A DNA stretch of 64,000 nt from Pristiophorus japonicus (GCF_044704955.1 NC_091994.1:12400001-12464000); one strand, 5' to 3'; counted from the stretch's first letter, positions 11,401 to 23,825 are shown. A program made the numbers and translations. Notes: generated from the letters alone by a model not told the origin.

Positions 11401-13770
11401 AGACCATCTTAGACTGGGTGATGAATAATGAGAAGGGACTAATTAGCAATCTTGTTGTGCGAGGCCCCTTGGGGAAGAGTGACCATAATATGGTAGAATT
11501 CTTTATTAAGATGGAGAGTGACACAGTTAATTCAGAGACTAAGGTCCTGAACTTAAGGAAAGGTAACTTCAATGGTATGAGACGTGAATTGGCGAGAATA
11601 GACTGGCGAATGATACTTAAAGGGTTGACAGTGGATAGGCAATGGCAAACATTTAAAGATCACATGGATGAACTTCAACAATTGTACATCCCTGCCTGGA
11701 GTAAAAATAAAACGGGGAAGGTGGCTCAACCATGGCTAACAAGGGAAATTAAGGATAGTGTTAAATCCTAGGAAGAGGCATATAAATTGGCCAGAAAAAG
11801 CAGCAAACCTGAGGACTGGGAGAATTTTATAATTCTGCAGAGGAGGACAAAGGGTTTAATTAGGAGGGGGAAAATAGAATATGAAAGGAAGCATGCTGGG
11901 AACATAAAAACTGACTGTAAAAGCTTCTATAGATGTGTGAAGAGAAAAAGATTAGTGAAGCCAAACATAGGTCACTTGCAGTCAGATTCAGGTGAATTTA
12001 TAATGGGAAACAAAGAAATGGCGGATCAGATAAACAAGTACTTTGGTTCTGTCTTCATGAAGGAAGACACAAATAACTTTCCGGAAATACTAGGGGACCG
12101 AGGGTCTAGTGGGAAGGAGGAACTAAATGAAATCCCTATTAGGTGGGAAATTGTGTGAGGGAAATTGATGGGATTGAAGGCCGATAAATCCCTGGGGCCT
12201 GATAGTCTGCATCCCAGAGTACTTAAGGAAGTGGCCCTAGAAATAGTGGATGCATTGATGATCATTTTCCAACAGTCTATTGACTCTGGATCAGTTCCTA
12301 TGGACTGGAGGGGAGCTAATGTAACACGACTTTTTAAGAAAGGAGGGAGAGAGAAAATGGGTAATTATAGACCGGTTAGCCTGACATCAGTAGTGGGGAA
12401 AATGTTGGAATCAATTATTAAAGATGAAATAGCAGCGCATTTGGAAAGCAGTGACAGGATCGGTCCAAGTCAGCATGGATTTATGAAAGGGAAATCGTGC
12501 TTGACAAATCTTCTAGAATTTTTTGAGGATGTAACTGGTAGAGTGGACAAGGGAGAACCAGTGGATGTGGTGTATTTGGACTTTCAAAAGGCTTTTGACA
12601 AGGTCCCGCACAAGAGATGGGTGTGCAAAATTAAAGCACATGGTATTGGGGGTAATGTACTGACTTGGATAGAGAACTGATTGGCAGACAGGAAGCAGAG
12701 AGTCGGGATAAACGGGTCCTTTTCAGAATGGCAGGCAGTGACCAGTGGGGTGCCGCAGAGCTCGGTGCTGGGACCCCAGCTATTTACAATATATATTAAT
12801 GATTTAGATGAAGGAGTTGAGTGTAAAATCTCCAAGTTTGCAGATGACACTAAGCTGGGTGGCGGAGTGAGCTGTGTAGAGGACGCTGAAAGGCTGCAGG
12901 GTGACTTGGACAGGTTAGGTGAGTGGGCAAATGCATGGCAGATGCAGTATAATGTGGATAAATGTGAGGTTATCCACCTTGGTGGCAAAAATACGAAGGC
13001 AGAATATTATCTGAATGGTGGCAAATTAGGAAAAGTGGAGGTGCAATGAGACCTGGGTGTCATGGTACATCAGTCATTGAAGGTTGGCATGCAGGTACAG
13101 CAGGCAGTGAAGAAGGCAAATGGCATGTTGGCCTTCATAGCTAGGGGATTTGAGTATAGGAGCAGGGAGGTCTTACTGCAGTTGTACAGGGCCTTAGTGA
13201 GGCTTCACCTGGAATATTGTGTTCAGTTTTGGTCTCCTAATCTGAGGAAGGATGTTCTTGCTATTGAGGGAGTGCAGCGGAGAATCACCAGACTGATTCC
13301 CGGGATAGCAGGACTGACATATGAGAAGAGACTGGATCGACTCTGCCTGTATTCACTGGAGTTTAGAAGGATGAGAGGGGATCTCATAGAAACATATAAA
13401 ATTCTGACGGGACTGGACAGGTTAGATGCAGGAAGAATGTTCCCCACGTTGGGGAAGTCCAGAATCAGGGGACATAGTCTAAGGATTAGGGGTAAGCCAT
13501 TTAGGACTGAGATGAGGAGAAACTTCTTCACTTAGAGAGTTGTTAACTTGTGGAATTCCCTACCGCAGAGAGTTGTTGATGCCAGTTCATTGGATATATT
13601 CAAGAGGGAGTTAGATATGGCCCTTACGGCTAAAGCGATCAAGGGGTATGGAGAGAAAGCAGGAAGGGGGTACTGAAGTGAATGATCAGTCATGATCTTA
13701 TTGAATGGTGGTGCAGGCTCGACAGGCCGAATGGCCCACTCCTGCATCTATTTTCTATGTTTCTATGTTT
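11401..13770 (+). mobile_element. 5'-truncated CR1 LINE with disrupted ORF2 (end of endonuclease + RT)
   Basis: LGKSDH, NYRPVSLTS, YLDFQKAFDKV, GVPQSSVLGP, KFADD motifs; several in-frame stops; (TTCTATGT)n tail. Confidence 0.95.
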
Positions 13771-13916
13771 AAAGGCAGAAAGAATATTATCCCTATATGC
13801 AAGCCACTTATCGTGAAATGGCCATATCCCTTTCCATAATTTCTCCTCGCCTCTTCAGCGAGCCAGGTAGATTTTGAAGGGAATATTTTGATGAAAGGGT
13901 GAAAACAGGCAGCTAA

Positions 13917-14288
13917 TTGAGGTCTTTAAAATTATGAAAGGTTTTGATGGGGTAGACACAGAGAGAGTGTTTCCACTTGTGGGGAAGAGCAAAACTAGAG
14001 GCCATCAGAATAAGTCAGTCACCAAGAAATCCAATAGGAAACTCAGAAGAAACATCTTTACCCAGAGAGTGGTGAGAATATGGAACTCGCTACCACAGGG
14101 AGGTGAATAGCATGGATGTATTTAAGGGGAGGCTAAGCATATGAGGGAGGAGGGAATAGAGGGTTATGCTCTGATAGAGTTCAATGAGGAAAGACGAGAG
14201 GAGGCTCAAGTGGAGCATAAACACCGGCATGGACTGGTTGGGCAGAATGGCCTGTTTCTGTGCCATATATCCTATATAATCCTATGTA
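13917..14288 (+). mobile_element. CR1 3' fragment (second subfamily); inverted copy at ~17372-17625
   Basis: TTTACCCAGAGAGTGGTGAGAAT.TGGA and GAGGAGGCTC.AGTGGAGCATAAA shared with the minus-strand copy. Confidence 0.75.
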
Positions 14289-14534
14289 AATGGGTGCTGT
14301 GCTAATAAGACATGCCTATTTGAAAGACTTGATTTAGCCTGCAATTTTAAGGATAATTGCTGATTATCACGATTTAAACATGCTTGGAGGCGCTAAAACA
14401 GACACCTGCAGGTTTTGCACTCAAACGCTGTTTAGAAGCAATTTTCGTGGAGCGGTATATGCAGCCTCCATGCACTCACTTCCATTGAAGGTGTGGAGTA
14501 CGCTGGCTGTCACACAGCAGAACATTTCAGGATA

Positions 14535-14625
14535 ACACAAGGACCGAGGGAGAGGGTGCATAGTTTCTCGGACGTGGTGCTGGAGTTCTTGGTGGAGGAG
14601 GTCCAGAGGGGGAAGGATGTCCTTC
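14535..14625 (+). pseudogene. Remnant of Harbinger Myb/SANT N-terminus
   Basis: RERVHSFSDVVLEFLVEEVQRGKDVL resembles AAPMFSDNALQVLMQDMGRKRDIF of the element at 61.9 kb. Confidence 0.55.
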
Positions 14626-14769
14626 CTGCCCCTCTCTCCTGCAGCACCTGGTGCTGCTCTGCCTGGCCTCGTGTCCTCCTATAATTCCTCCTCCAGACCA
14701 AGTGGGACCCCTAGCAAGATCCCCATGACCAAGCACTCCCTTTCTCCTGGTGACACCTATAAGGTGTCT

Positions 14770-15585
14770 TCTTTTTCTTTTTCTTCTTCTTCTTTCACAT
14801 GGTAGTAGCAAAGCAAATCAAATGTCAATATCTAAGTCAGATATCCAGGCCAAAGCTTCCTGTGTAACAACGTGGATATCTTGTAGGCTGCCTGTGAATT
14901 TCCTCTAAGGGCAGTGATCAATGATGTCCTCCGGGGTCGAATAAGGAGCTCCACAGTCGCATGGTGGGGATGCAGCATCTACCATGACCGGTTCTGAGGC
15001 AGTTGATAGTTGTCCACTGTTTGCGAGAAAGGTTTGATCCTTCAGGTTGTACTGTGAAGTCCTTCATAAGGAATCCATTCCGAATGTCGCAGTTCTTCCA
15101 AGCATTTTGCCATCGGTCATCAAGGCTGAGGGGAGATTGCCGAAGGGCTTTGGAGAAGGTCCAAAATGGCCTTCTAGATTTGAGACGGGTTGGTGGTAGG
15201 TTGTTCAAGTTGGCCTGGATCGGCATGTCTTTGCTGGTGTAGCGGTTGTATTCTCTGGAGACTGCACTCTCAAGATAGGTGCGCTGGTGCGATGTTTGCA
15301 TGGCTGGCCACGGTATTGGTGTCAATAAAAGAGTACCGGTGATAATTTTCATAGTAGAAATCAGCTGCACATCAACAGATTTGACATGCGGACTTGATAG
15401 CCATGGCGGAGAGCAGTACTCCACTGTCGAGTATACTAGGGCGAGTGCTGCCATACAGAGGGTTTGAGTGTCTGCTCCTCATGTGGATCCAGCGAATTTC
15501 TAGATCATGTTGACTCTTTAATTTCTTCCCAAGATTCTGGAGATGTTGTCTATATGACAGGGTGTGATCAAGCGTGACTCCTAAA
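14770..15585 (-). mobile_element. Ingi/Vingi-like non-LTR retrotransposon, 3' part of ORF
   Basis: ALALVYSTVEYCSPPW..HVKSVDVQL..MKIITGT..TP and RKQWTTINCLRTGHGRC are post-RT motifs of I/Ingi-group LINEs; (GAA)n-like tail. Confidence 0.65.
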
Positions 15586-15610
15586 TAGAAGTTTTTTTTG
15601 GCATGGTTTA

Positions 15611-15822
15611 TGTTATATATGTAAACTTTTATTTACTCTGTACAGCCACCAGAGGGCTCATCCCCTGGAGTCCCAAGGGATCCCATAATCCCTTGGGAGC
15701 ACAGGTATTTAAGGAGGCCTCACAGGTTGGAGAGGCACTCTTGAGACCTGCAATAAAAGACTAAGGTCACACTTTACTTTGAGCTCACAGTGTTCAGTCT
15801 GACTCTTCCTCCATACATAACA
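15611..15822 (+). mobile_element. Solo LTR (212 bp)
   Basis: TGTTAT...ATAACA termini; perfect TSD GTTTA (15606-15610 / 15823-15827); AATAAA; homologous to 28193-28403. Confidence 0.92.
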
Positions 15823-16652
15823 GTTTACCTCTGTGCCGCAAAGGTAGAGGTAATAAGGTCGCAGCGCGCAGCACTCACTCTCTTTCGATGAAGTCCTCAG
15901 TGAATTTCCGGGAAAAATGTTGATAGAGTGTTGGTGAACTCTTAATAAAGTATCCCTGAAAGTCTCCCGATGTGTCTCAAAAAGTCCTCTTCATTTGCAG
16001 TCTACCTCCAGCAGCAAGTGAAGAGTTAAAGCTGATCATGGCTTTAAGTGGCGATGGAAATCCTCAGCAATGACTTATTTACTCCTGTTCAGCTGGTAGC
16101 TGTTCGAAGAGGTTGTTAATTGAAGCGCTAGCCATCAAAATGGAGTGCAGCCTCTTTAATGAGCACTAGCAAACAATTTTATTGTTAATCAGAAATTAAC
16201 GAGCCTCAGGAATGCGACTCCTAGCATGCACGTTACTCCTTTACCAAGATGGCATCTTGCGCTAAAGGCAGGCTAAATTGGCATTGCAACTCAAAACCCC
16301 ATCTTGGCCACCTTGGAGACTCTTTAGTGCCTAAAGTATATGGGGAAATTCAACTCCTGAGTTTCTCCAATCCCACAAAATAGTGTGAGGTTCTAATTTT
16401 GCAATAATCGATGAGCAATGCACTCAATATTCTAGACCTGTCCTGTTTTCTTGAGTACTGTGTCCAGTTCTGGTCACCAAGACACAAGCGATACATTCAA
16501 ATGGTGGAGGCTGTGCAGAGAGGAGCCACAGGGCTATTCCCCAGCGTCCATAGCCTGTGTTATGAGAAAAAACTGGAGCGGTTTCAGCTTTTCTGCCAGA
16601 AAAGGAGGCATCTGAGAGATGTTCATAATATAGAAGATAAACCCAGCATATT

Positions 16653-17225
16653 AGAATCATAGAATGGTTACAGCACAGAAGGAGGCCATTCGACCCGTTG
16701 AGTCCATGCCGGCTTTCTGCAAGAGCACTTCAGCTAGTCCCACTCCCCTGCCCTGCAAATTTTTCTCCTTCAGATCCTTATCCAATTCCCTTTTCAGGCA
16801 GTGCATTCCAGATCCTAACCACTCGCTGCGTAAAACGGTTTTTCCTCATGTCGTCTTTGGTTCCTTTGCCAATCACCTTAAGTCTGTGTCCTCTGGTTCT
16901 CAACCCTTCCGCCAATGGGAGCAGTTTCTCTCTATCTACTCTGTCCGGACCCCTCATGATTTTGAACACCCCTATCAAATCTCCTCTCAACCTTCGCTGT
17001 TCTAAGGAGAACAACCCTAGCTTCTCCAGTCTATCCACATAACTGAAGTCCCTCATCCCTGGAACCATTCTCATAAATCTTTTCTGCTCCCTCTCTAAGG
17101 TCTTCACATCCTTCCTAAAGTGCGGTGCTCAGAATTGGACACAATACCCTAGTTAAGGCTGAAACAGTGTTTTATAAAGGTTCATCATAACTTCCTTGCT
17201 TTTGTACTCTATGCCTCTATTTATG
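16653..17225 (-). mobile_element. CR1 (HER1-like) 3' fragment
   Basis: ORF 16778-17107 LGLFSLEQRRLRGDLI..FTQRVVRIWNALP; (ATTCTATG)n-type tail. Confidence 0.9.
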
Positions 17226-18255
17226 AATGTCAAAACTTTCTGATCCCACCCACCACTCTCGTCAGCCCCTCTCCACACTAAAAGGTCTGTATAGAAATTC
17301 CTTTATCCATTATGTTACTAGAATCATTAACCCAAAATGGGTCAGAATCTTCATGAATGTACTAAATAGGATTCCATAGTATATACGAACAGAAACAGGC
17401 CATTCGGCCCAACCAGTCCATGCTTTATGCTCCACTCGAGCCTCCTCCCGTCTTTCCTCATCGAACTCAGAATAACCCTCTATTCCCTTCTCCCTCATAT
17501 GCTTGTCTAGCCTCCCCTTAAATGCATCGATACTATTCGCCTCAACCACTCCCTGTGGTAGCGAGATCCACATTCTCACCGCTCTCTGGGTAAAGAAGTT
17601 TTTTCTGAATTCCGTATTGGATTGAATTCCCGACTGAATGAAAGAATTTCATCTGAGCGCATTAAGTTATTTATTGCTGATACCACAAAGCACCGAATTA
17701 TCACAACGAGCTTTGGTCCATGTTGGACTCGGCCAATTCTTTCCCATTTCTGACCCCCCTCCCATTCATATGCTGAAGGGAAAATAAAAGATTTTCTTTG
17801 CTTCTTCTTGACAAAGCCCAGGTACAATAAAACAACTTCACAGCAGAGCTGGGCTGACTGGTGCTTCTTGCCGTGTTATCATTCAAATTTACACAATAGC
17901 TTTTTTGATGTGAAGTGTTGCAGTGCATCACCATGGCCAGGATTGTACTTGTCGACTTAGTGAGACAGGCAACATTAGCAAATGTTAAGATAGTCGCACA
18001 CACACAGAGTGACCTCACACATCAGGCTACTGTTCAGTTAGTTTCAGATTTTCTCAAGGAACCTAATTTGGACTTTCATGACACCTTTACTTTTAAGCAT
18101 CCCTTTTTTTGAATAAACACACTCCCCTTTTGTCATCCAGTGCTGGCTATGTTCCACAGGCACTGACCACTCTCTAGTATCTCACCCAAGTAGTAAGTCC
18201 TTTCATGTGAGCTGGGATAGTGAGTTTTGGCAGGCCATTTGACCATAAATGGCAC

Positions 18256-18572
18256 CATAAGAACATGAGAATCAGGAGCAGGACCCTCGAGCCAGTTCCG
18301 CCATTCAACAAGATCATGGCTGATCTTCAACCTCATCTCCACTTTCCCGCCCAATCTCCATATCCCTTGATTCCCCTAAAGTCCAAAAATCTACCTACCT
18401 CAGCCTTGAATATACTCAATGAATCAGCATCCACATCCCTTTGGGGTAGAGAAGCCTAAAGATTCACCACCCTCTGAGTGAAGAAATTCTTCCTCATCTC
18501 AGTCTTAAATGGCCGACCCCTTATCCTGAGACAATGCCCCCTGAGTTCTAGACTCTTCGACCAGGGGAAACA
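18256..18572 (-). mobile_element. CR1 3' fragment
   Basis: CATAAGAACAT tail; CCATTCAACAAGATCATGGCTGATC block shared with 59893-60322. Confidence 0.8.
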
Positions 18573-18967
18573 TAGTTAAACCCAATCCTGTCTTTACTGG
18601 ATGTCCATGCACACACTTTCCAGCATAAGTCACTAGCTAGAGAGAGCAAGAGCTCAGGCTGAATTTCTTTTTCCCTTCCTAATCAGGGGATGTGTTCACC
18701 AGTTACAGTATCCCTACTGCTCCTCTGGCAGGTCCAAGGATTGAACCTGAAATCCTTGGATCTGTGTAACTTAGTCCACACGGGATAATGCATTTATCAA
18801 CACAGCCAGCAAGAAGTCTTTTAGAGGCATTTAGTGCACTGCAGCCATGATGTAGTAGCTTGTTTCAAATTTTGAAAATAATTAACTTAAAATACTTGTT
18901 TCCATGATTTAGAAAAATCAGCTAAAATGCTTCAGGTGTCACTGTACTATTTTGTTGCCTTCCCAAT

Positions 18968-20990
18968 GATAGTATTAAAGCCAAGGAAGTGGCATACAAA
19001 TTGGCCAGAAATAGCAGCGATCCTGGGGACTGGGAGAAATTTAGAACTCAGCAGAGGAGGACAAAGGGTTTGATTAGGGCAGGGAAAATGGAGTACGAGA
19101 AGAAGCTTGCAGGGAACATTAAGGCGGATTGCAAAAGTTTCTATAGGTATGTAAAGAGAAAAAGGTTAGTAAAGATAAACGTAGGTCCCCTGCAGTCAGA
19201 ATCAGGGGAAGTCATAACGGGGAACAAAGAAATGGCAGACCAATTGAACAAGTACTTTAGTTCAGTATTCACTAAGGAGGACACAAACGACCTTCCGGAT
19301 ATAAAAGGAGTCAGAGGGTCTAGTAAGGAGGAGGAACTGAGGGAAATCTTTATTAGTCGGGAAATTGTGTTGGGGAAATTGATGGGATTGAAGGCCGATA
19401 AATCCCCAGGGCCTGATGGACTGCATCCCAGAGTACTTAAGGAGGTGGCCTTGGAAATAGCAGATGCATTGACAGTCATTTTCCAACATTCCATTGACTC
19501 TGGATCAGTTCCTATCGAGTGGAGGGTAGCCAATGTAACCCCACTTTTTAAAAAAGGAGGGAGAGAGAAAACAGGGAATTATAGACTGGTCAGCCTGACC
19601 TCAGTAGTGGGTAAAATGATGGAATCAATTATTAAGGATGTCATAGCAGCGCATTTGGAAAATGGTGACATGATAGGTCCAAGTCAGCATGGATTTGTGA
19701 AAGGGAAATCATGCTTGACAAATCTTCTGGAATTTTTTGAGGATGTTTCCAGTAAAGTGGACAAAGGAGAACCAGTTGATGTGGTATATTTGGACTTTCA
19801 GAAGGCTTTCGACAAGGTCCCACACAAGAGATTAATGTGCAAAGTTAAAGCACATGGGATTGGGGGTAGTGTGCTGACGTGGATTGAGAACTGGTTGTCA
19901 GACAGGAAGCAAAGAGTAGGAGTAAATGGGTACTTTTCAGAATGGCAGGCAGTGACTAGTGGGGTATCGCAAGGTTCTGTGCTGGGGCCCCAGCTGTTTA
20001 CATTGTACATTAATGATTTAGACAAGGGGATTAAATGTAGTATCTCCAAATTTGCGGATGACACTAAGTTGGGTGGCAGTGTGAACTGCGAGGAGGATGC
20101 TATGAGGCTGCAGAGTGACTTGGATAGGTTAGGTGAGTGGGCAAATGCATGGCAGATGAAGTATAATGTGGATAAATGTGAGGTTATCCACTTTGGTGGT
20201 AAAAACAGAGAGACAGACTATTATCTGAATGGTGACAGATTAGGAAAAGGGGAGGTGCAACGAGACCTGGGTGTCATGGTACATCAGTCATTGAAGGTTA
20301 GCATGCAGGTACAGCAGGCGGTTAAGAAAGCAAATGGCATGTTGGCCTTCATAGCGAGGGGATTTGAGTACAGGGGCAGGGAGGTGTTGCTACAGTTGTA
20401 CAGGGCCTTGGTGAGGCCACACCTGGAATATTGTGTACAGTTTTGGTCTCCTAACTTGAGGAAGGACATTCTTGCTATTGAGGGAGTGCAGCGAAGATTC
20501 ACCAGACTGATTCCCGGGATGGTGGGACTGACCTATCAAGAAAGACTGAATCAACTGGGCTTGTATTCACTGGAGTTCAGAAGAATGAGAGGGGACCTCA
20601 TAGAAACGTTTAAAATTCTGACGGGTTTGGACAGGTTAGATGCAGGAAGAATGTTCCCGATGTTGGGGAAGTCCAGAACCAGGGGTCACGGTCTAAGGAT
20701 AAGGGGTAAGCCATTTAGGACCGAGATGAGGAGAAACTTCTTCACCCAGAGAGTGGTGAACCTGTGGAATTCTCTACCACAGAAAGTAGTTGAGGCCAAT
20801 TCACTAAATATATTCAAAAGGGAGTTAGATGAAGTCCTTACTACTCGGGGGATGAAGGGGTATGGCGAGAAAGCAGGAAGGGGGTACTGAAGTTTCATGT
20901 TCAGCCATGAACTCATTGAATGACGGTGCAGGCTGGAAGGGCTGAATGGCCTGCTCCTGCACCTATTTTCTATGTTTCTATGTTTCTATG
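18968..20990 (+). mobile_element. Young 5'-truncated CR1 LINE
   Basis: Continuous RT ORF; (TTCTATGT)n tail; possible ATGA duplication at the junctions. Confidence 0.95.
18989..20890 (+). CDS. CR1 ORF2 reverse transcriptase, open 633-aa frame lacking N-terminal endonuclease and native start
   Basis: KSPGPDG, YLDFQKAFDKV, QGSVLGP, KFADD, LEYCVQFWSP with no stops; probably not an expressed gene. Confidence 0.85.
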   Translation: MAYKLARNSSDPGDWEKFRTQQRRTKGLIRAGKMEYEKKLAGNIKADCKSFYRYVKRKRLVKINVGPLQSESGEVITGNKEMADQLNKYFSSVFTKEDTNDLPDIKGVRGSSKEEELREIFISREIVLGKLMGLKADKSPGPDGLHPRVLKEVALEIADALTVIFQHSIDSGSVPIEWRVANVTPLFKKGGREKTGNYRLVSLTSVVGKMMESIIKDVIAAHLENGDMIGPSQHGFVKGKSCLTNLLEFFEDVSSKVDKGEPVDVVYLDFQKAFDKVPHKRLMCKVKAHGIGGSVLTWIENWLSDRKQRVGVNGYFSEWQAVTSGVSQGSVLGPQLFTLYINDLDKGIKCSISKFADDTKLGGSVNCEEDAMRLQSDLDRLGEWANAWQMKYNVDKCEVIHFGGKNRETDYYLNGDRLGKGEVQRDLGVMVHQSLKVSMQVQQAVKKANGMLAFIARGFEYRGREVLLQLYRALVRPHLEYCVQFWSPNLRKDILAIEGVQRRFTRLIPGMVGLTYQERLNQLGLYSLEFRRMRGDLIETFKILTGLDRLDAGRMFPMLGKSRTRGHGLRIRGKPFRTEMRRNFFTQRVVNLWNSLPQKVVEANSLNIFKRELDEVLTTRGMKGYGEKAGRGY

Positions 20991-21734
20991 AAAACCCGAA
21001 GGTAGTTCTTGAACTTGTCCATAGGTAACCAACGACTCTCATTATGCAGTCAGCATCGCCTCTGAATGTATTCACTGTATCACACTGCTCGGAAGTTTAG
21101 TGAAACTTGCTCAAATATTCAGTGACATATGAGGGACATTGCTCCCACACCTAAATGTATTTTCCCATCAATAAATCTGACAGACCATATGCTGTCAGTA
21201 ATAAAAAGCATATGGAAGCATTAAATCAAACGCCAAACTTATTTATTAAACAAGCAATAACTTCAGACCCACATATATTGGGTTGTTCAGATCGGCAATT
21301 AGATATTTTGAACGCTGGCCCTTTATTCATCTTGTCACACATCTGTTACAGATATATGGTGCAATGCTGTTTTATCGGGCCAGGCACATCTGTGAGCCAT
21401 TTTGCAAGCTGCTGCCCACATTTGTTTGTAATGCTCACCAAGTCACCCCACCTCTCTGACTGTATCAAAATCTATCTCGCCTCCCTATTTTATAGATGGA
21501 CCGCCTATTCCAGCCCTGTGCTTTCCTCTGTTTCTGTGTAATTATGGTTATTCCTCCCCTGAGATTTCTACTTGGGTTCCATATACCCGGTTCCATACAT
21601 CCCTCCTCCTCCCCACTTCCTTCCTTTGCTGAATATCAAGACATTTAAAATAGGCTAAGCACCGTGTTCAAACATTGCACAAGAGCAGTTTTATTGTGCC
21701 GTGTTAACCAGTGCATTTTGATGACTCTGAAACC

Positions 21735-22026
21735 ATAGAATCATAGAATGTTTACAGCACAGAAGGAGACCATTCGGCCCGTCAAGCCCGTGCTGGCTCT
21801 CTGCAGGAGCGCTTCGGCTAGTCCCAGTTCCCCGCCCTTTCCCCACAGCCCTGAAAATCTTTTTCCTTCAGGTACTCATCCAATTCCCTTTTGAAAGCCA
21901 CGATTGAATCTGCTTCCACCTCCCTCTCAGGCAGCGCATTCCAGATCCTAACCACTCGCTGCGTAAAAAAGTTTTTCCTCATGTCCTCTTTGGTTCTTCT
22001 GCCAATCACCTTGAATCTGTGCCCTC
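21735..22026 (-). mobile_element. CR1 (HER1-like) 3' fragment
   Basis: ORF piece RKNFFTQRVVRIWNALP; CATAGAATCATAGAA tail. Confidence 0.85.
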
Positions 22027-22117
22027 ATGCAATGGAATACCAGCATACAAGCACTTAACACGTTAGTCAGAAAGTCCTACTCTTCTATGGTAGTGGAGTA
22101 TTCAGTGCACTTTAAAT

Positions 22118-22572
22118 CATCATCATCATCATCATCATCATAGGCAGTCCCTCGAACGAGGATGACTTGCTTCCACATGAGTTCACAGATGTTTCAATGA
22201 AGGACCTGATATTCCAGTCCTGAACTCCAGGGGATGGAAGATGCCTGTGCGTGGATTTTTTTTACATGTGGTGAGCGTTGCACATCAGCCACCACACGGG
22301 CTTGACAGAGCTAGGCCATTATCCAGTGGCAAGGGTTAACCAGGACAACTGGAGACCCTGCTCTGCTAGAGCGCACACACATCGCATTGTGGTTAGACCC
22401 ATACTGCCCCTGGGCCCTCGGCTCTTCTGGGCCCCGTACCCTCATTCGCCGCACCTCCGCCACGATCTCTCGCCACTCTTCCGCCACAAACATTCGCCGC
22501 ACCTCCGCCACGATCTCTCGCCACTCTACCGCCACAAACATTCGCCGCACCTCCGCCACGATCCCTCACCGG
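22118..22572 (-). mobile_element. RTE-like short retroelement with (ATG)n tail
   Basis: (CAT)n followed by AGGCAGTCCCTCGAA.GAGGATGACTTGCTTCCAC; family assignment by resemblance only. Confidence 0.5.
22443..22564 (+). repeat. 48-bp GC-rich tandem repeat, about 2.5 copies
   Basis: CATTCGCCGCACCTCCGCCACGATC starts at 22443, 22491 and 22539. Confidence 0.92.
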
Positions 22573-23825
22573 GTAACTGGGTAACAACTGCACTAAAGAG
22601 TGGAATGACGAATTTCAGATAAATGTGTTAACCACTTGTGTGCTGGTATATCCACTGTCTAATTTCAAGACCCATGTGCTAACAGATTGCTTTTTCACAG
22701 TTGCAATCATGATTCTCAATTGCTTGAAGTTACTGATTTATAATAGCAACATAACTATAGTATTTACTCATTATGGTGACTGGCGCAATGTCCATCTGAC
22801 ACCAGTCCACGGTTAAAATAGCCATTCCAGATGGTGGTACAGGTATAACATGATATTTTGCTGAGGTATAATTTAGACCAATCCACCCCCCACCCCCCCA
22901 CCCCCACATGGCTCCTTTCTGATCTCAACCAGCCGGCCAGGATGAGGAATGGTGTACTACCCTGCTGCCAAGGAAGGAAAGTCAGAGAATAAGACCACAT
23001 GAAATAGATGGCAAAAGGCCCATCAATGCTCAGTGCAACCTCATTCTCCACCCTCCCCAATCACTAGTAACTCCAACTCCTGGGGAGGCAAAGAAAACTG
23101 TGGCCAGTTTCAGGAAAAATTCTGGGAAATTTCTTCTTAAGGCAATCAAGCAAACTTCAGGAGACCATGACACATCAATAAGGATACTTAACTAATGAGC
23201 CCCTCCATCCAGCAACATGTCCCAGTTAGAAACATAGGACAACGCAACCTGCTATTGCAGACCTGCAAGGAGGATTGGTCAAGAGCGTGGGAGAACTTTC
23301 ACTCAATTTGGTGCGGAATGATGCATGGTGAAAGAGCTAAAGGAGGCAAGAAAATAATTTGCAAAATGGAAGGGCAAAATTAAAATAATAAAATAACGAT
23401 GTTAACTTCAATAATAGCATTTGTAAATCTTCGCGAGTGTTTAATCGGTCAAAGTACTCCCTTTCCAATCACAATAATCCTGAGAGCAGTCAAATAAAAA
23501 AATGATATGTTCTCTTGTGATGGGAGCACTAATAAATTACTGGGACATTCCATGAATAATAATGCCTGTGGCTGGAAGAGAGAGAATCCAATCTGGAGCT
23601 GTATCCAATGGAATCTGGCCTGGCATCACATATTACATTTTAAAGCCTTTGCTCTTCTTGCCTTGCTGCAGCTGGATGATTTATAATATATATATAGAAG
23701 GTTCAGGCCAACCTCTCCTCTCTGATTGTAATGTTCATTCAAAGTGTGAGCAGGAAGCCCCGGGCCTCACATATCGTATCTCACTGCACATAACAATTGG
23801 AAGGAACAAGAGAGATGTGAATATT

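Noticed and set aside
18989-20890. Host reverse-transcriptase gene
   Set aside because: Begins mid-ORF2 without ATG context, ends in the CR1 tail, and has several close paralogous copies in the window
22443-22564. Regularly spaced repeat superficially like a CRISPR array
   Set aside because: Intervening sequences are also identical (plain tandem repeat); eukaryotic context; no cas genes
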